Origin: a virus
Virus record (IMG/VR): IMGVR_UViG_3300013111_000325
Span: 52,898-116,897 of that record
Length of the DNA stretch: 64,000 nucleotides
Direction: 5' to 3' (one strand)
In this document: positions 62,148-64,000 of the stretch, piece after piece
Layout of the letters: the number at the start of each line of letters is the position of its first letter
How positions within the stretch are numbered: position 1 is the stretch's first letter
Notes under the pieces: generated by a model
Databases searched by the model: none
Seen by the model: only the letters and a program-made list of their open reading frames with translations
What the model was told of the DNA's origin: nothing
Position numbers and translations under genes: made by a program

Positions 62148-62699
62148 GTGGTGGACAATAAGAATGTATCGGTCTACGATAATTATCTAGATCCTAGAGA
62201 TTTTAGAAAAATACAATCTACGATAATGGACGATCCAAGTTTTACTTGGACCTGGTGTGAACATACAGTTAGAGATCAATTTCAGGATGATGGTACATTA
62301 TTACCTAATAATTATCAATACGTTCATATCTTTACGAACAACATTTTTCTATTCGAAAACAAATTATCAAAACATATTCACATCTTAAAACCTCTTATAG
62401 ATATGATAGGTGCAATTGCTTGGATACGAATTAAAGCAAATGCAAATCCAAGAACTGAAAAAATTATTGTTTCGGGATTTCATCAAGACGTTTCTGAAAG
62501 AAGACTTTTGGAGAGTGAACCAAAAACCGCAGTATTTTACATTAATTCAAATGATGGTTATACGGTGTTTGAAGACGGTACAAAGATTAATAGTGTTGCA
62601 AATCGTATTTGTATTTTTCCACATTGGATGAAACATTCAGGTACAACATGCACAAATGCTAATAGAAGAATTGCTTTAAACTTAAACTTCATAAGATGA
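62148..62699 (+). CDS. 2OG-Fe(II) oxygenase (cyanophage-type)
   Basis: RIKAN, FHQD, TAVFYIN.NDGYT.F and H.GTTCT..RRI.LN.N. Confidence 0.8.
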   Translation: MVDNKNVSVYDNYLDPRDFRKIQSTIMDDPSFTWTWCEHTVRDQFQDDGTLLPNNYQYVHIFTNNIFLFENKLSKHIHILKPLIDMIGAIAWIRIKANANPRTEKIIVSGFHQDVSERRLLESEPKTAVFYINSNDGYTVFEDGTKINSVANRICIFPHWMKHSGTTCTNANRRIALNLNFIR

Positions 62700-62992
62700 G
62701 AAATAAAGCCTGGCGTAGGAAACAAGAAGTTAGAAAAAAGAAAAAGGTAATTAGAGAATATTATAATTGGTGGGGTGATTGGGATCCAAAATCAGTTGGG
62801 AGGAAATCTCACACTCCATGTGGATGTAGTTGTTGGATGTGTGGTAATCCACGCAAATATTTTAATGATAAAACTATGCAAGAAAAGAAAAATGAAAGAA
62901 TGCATGAATTGTTGGAGCCCTTATAAAAAACGAAATAAGGTCTTTTGTAGTCGTAAGTGCTACAATATTTGGAGAATGACTAGAAAGACATA

Positions 62993-63379
62993 ATGAAAAT
63001 TAAAATCGGACCATATAGGAAGAATCGTGCTTACAATATTCACATTGATGATTATGATGTTTGGAGTTTGGATCATACACTTGCTTGTATCATCCATCCT
63101 GCTCTTATTCGTCTAAAAGAAACAAAACACGGTTACCCAGAACTTTGGGAGGATGGTATGGTAAAACACCATAACTGGACTCGTCAATTGCATTTTGATT
63201 TTATTGATGAAGAGGTAGAGTCTAAATATCTAATGGACAAATGGAATACAATCATGGACAAGATGATTTATTCCTTTGGTAAATTGGTGGAAGATGATTT
63301 AAGTGTACTTGATTTTGATGATAATATTCAAGAAGGTCTTGATTTGTTTGCAAAACATTACACCTCACTATGGGATTAA
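62993..63379 (+). CDS. conserved phage hypothetical protein
   Basis: [13 protein letters not shown]…K…HGYP and EGL.LF..HY..LWD. Confidence 0.65.
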   Translation: MKIKIGPYRKNRAYNIHIDDYDVWSLDHTLACIIHPALIRLKETKHGYPELWEDGMVKHHNWTRQLHFDFIDEEVESKYLMDKWNTIMDKMIYSFGKLVEDDLSVLDFDDNIQEGLDLFAKHYTSLWD

Positions 63380-63380
63380 A

Positions 63381-64000
63381 ATGAGAATACAAGAAGATGT
63401 TAAACTTGACTTTAATGATGTACTAATCAAACCAAAACGATCTACATTAGAATCTAGAAAAGATGCGGTGTTAGTTAGAACATTTGCATTCAAGCATTCT
63501 AAGAAAAAATGGGCAGGAGTACCAATCATTGCCGCCAATATGGACCATACAGGTACATATGAAATGAATAAGGTATTATATGACTATGCGATGCTCACTG
63601 CTATATGTAAATTTACTACATATGCACCTGTATATAATGCGATTAAAACGATTGGTCTTGACCAAAATTTAGATGAGTTAGACTATGATTTAGAATGGGC
63701 TTGTCTTGATGTGGCAAATGGTTATACAGAAAGGTTTATGGATTTCGTTGATAAAATGCGAAAACATGAAGCAACAAAAAATTCCATAATTATAGCAGGA
63801 AATGTATGTACTCCGGAGGCCACAGAACAGATTATCCTTGCAGGTGCAGACATTGTGAAGATTGGTATTGGACCTGGATCGGTATGTACTACTCGGAAGA
63901 TGACAGGTGTTGGTTATCCACAACTGAGTGCCACGATGGAGTGTGCAGATGCGGCTCACGGTCTAGGCGGACATATTATCACAGACGGAGGATGTGCCGT
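63381..64000 (+). CDS. guaC: GMP reductase, 5' part running off the window (not in ORF track)
   Basis: Own translation: [21 protein letters not shown]…ANMD…LDVANGY…AGNVCT…[23 protein letters not shown]. Confidence 0.93.
   Translation, partial: MRIQEDVKLDFNDVLIKPKRSTLESRKDAVLVRTFAFKHSKKKWAGVPIIAANMDHTGTYEMNKVLYDYAMLTAICKFTTYAPVYNAIKTIGLDQNLDELDYDLEWACLDVANGYTERFMDFVDKMRKHEATKNSIIIAGNVCTPEATEQIILAGADIVKIGIGPGSVCTTRKMTGVGYPQLSATMECADAAHGLGGHIITDGGCA

Noticed and set aside
1176-63959. Most minus-strand ORFs in the track (e.g. 2708..3205, 14499..15122, 63690..63959)
   Set aside because: They are antisense shadows of well-supported + strand genes; the last one lies opposite guaC.

Overview
A 64-kb segment of a large, AT-rich T4-like (myovirus-type) bacteriophage genome. 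It is probably marine, but the host cannot be determined from this window. Nearly all genes are on the + strand. The window holds T4-like core genes (gp61 primase, prohead-core-like protein), a nucleotide-metabolism set (thyX, class II nrdJ, prs, two PRTases, a DHODH-like gene, guaC) and many host-type auxiliary genes (amtB, AapJ-like binding protein, cytochrome c, IscA x2, IscU, FeoA, bS21, pckA, Na/Pi cotransporter fragment). It also carries glycan-modification genes, a restriction-modification-like pair, four tRNAs and a family of repeated early promoters. The strongest candidates for undescribed biology are five: (1) a late operon of five proteins that all begin with a T4-type capsid-targeting sequence, including a CCA-adding enzyme fused to a 2H phosphoesterase and a probable ADP-ribosyltransferase; (2) a 600-800 nt structured non-coding region at about 40.1-40.9 kb; (3) a coiled-coil gene followed by a ~245-nt structured RNA with 7-nt-periodic TTG repeats; (4) a phosphonate-type glycan decoration module; (5) an orphan Pycsar-type effector and a MotA/ExbB-type membrane module. 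All protein calls come from motif recognition by eye. No database searches or folding programs were run.
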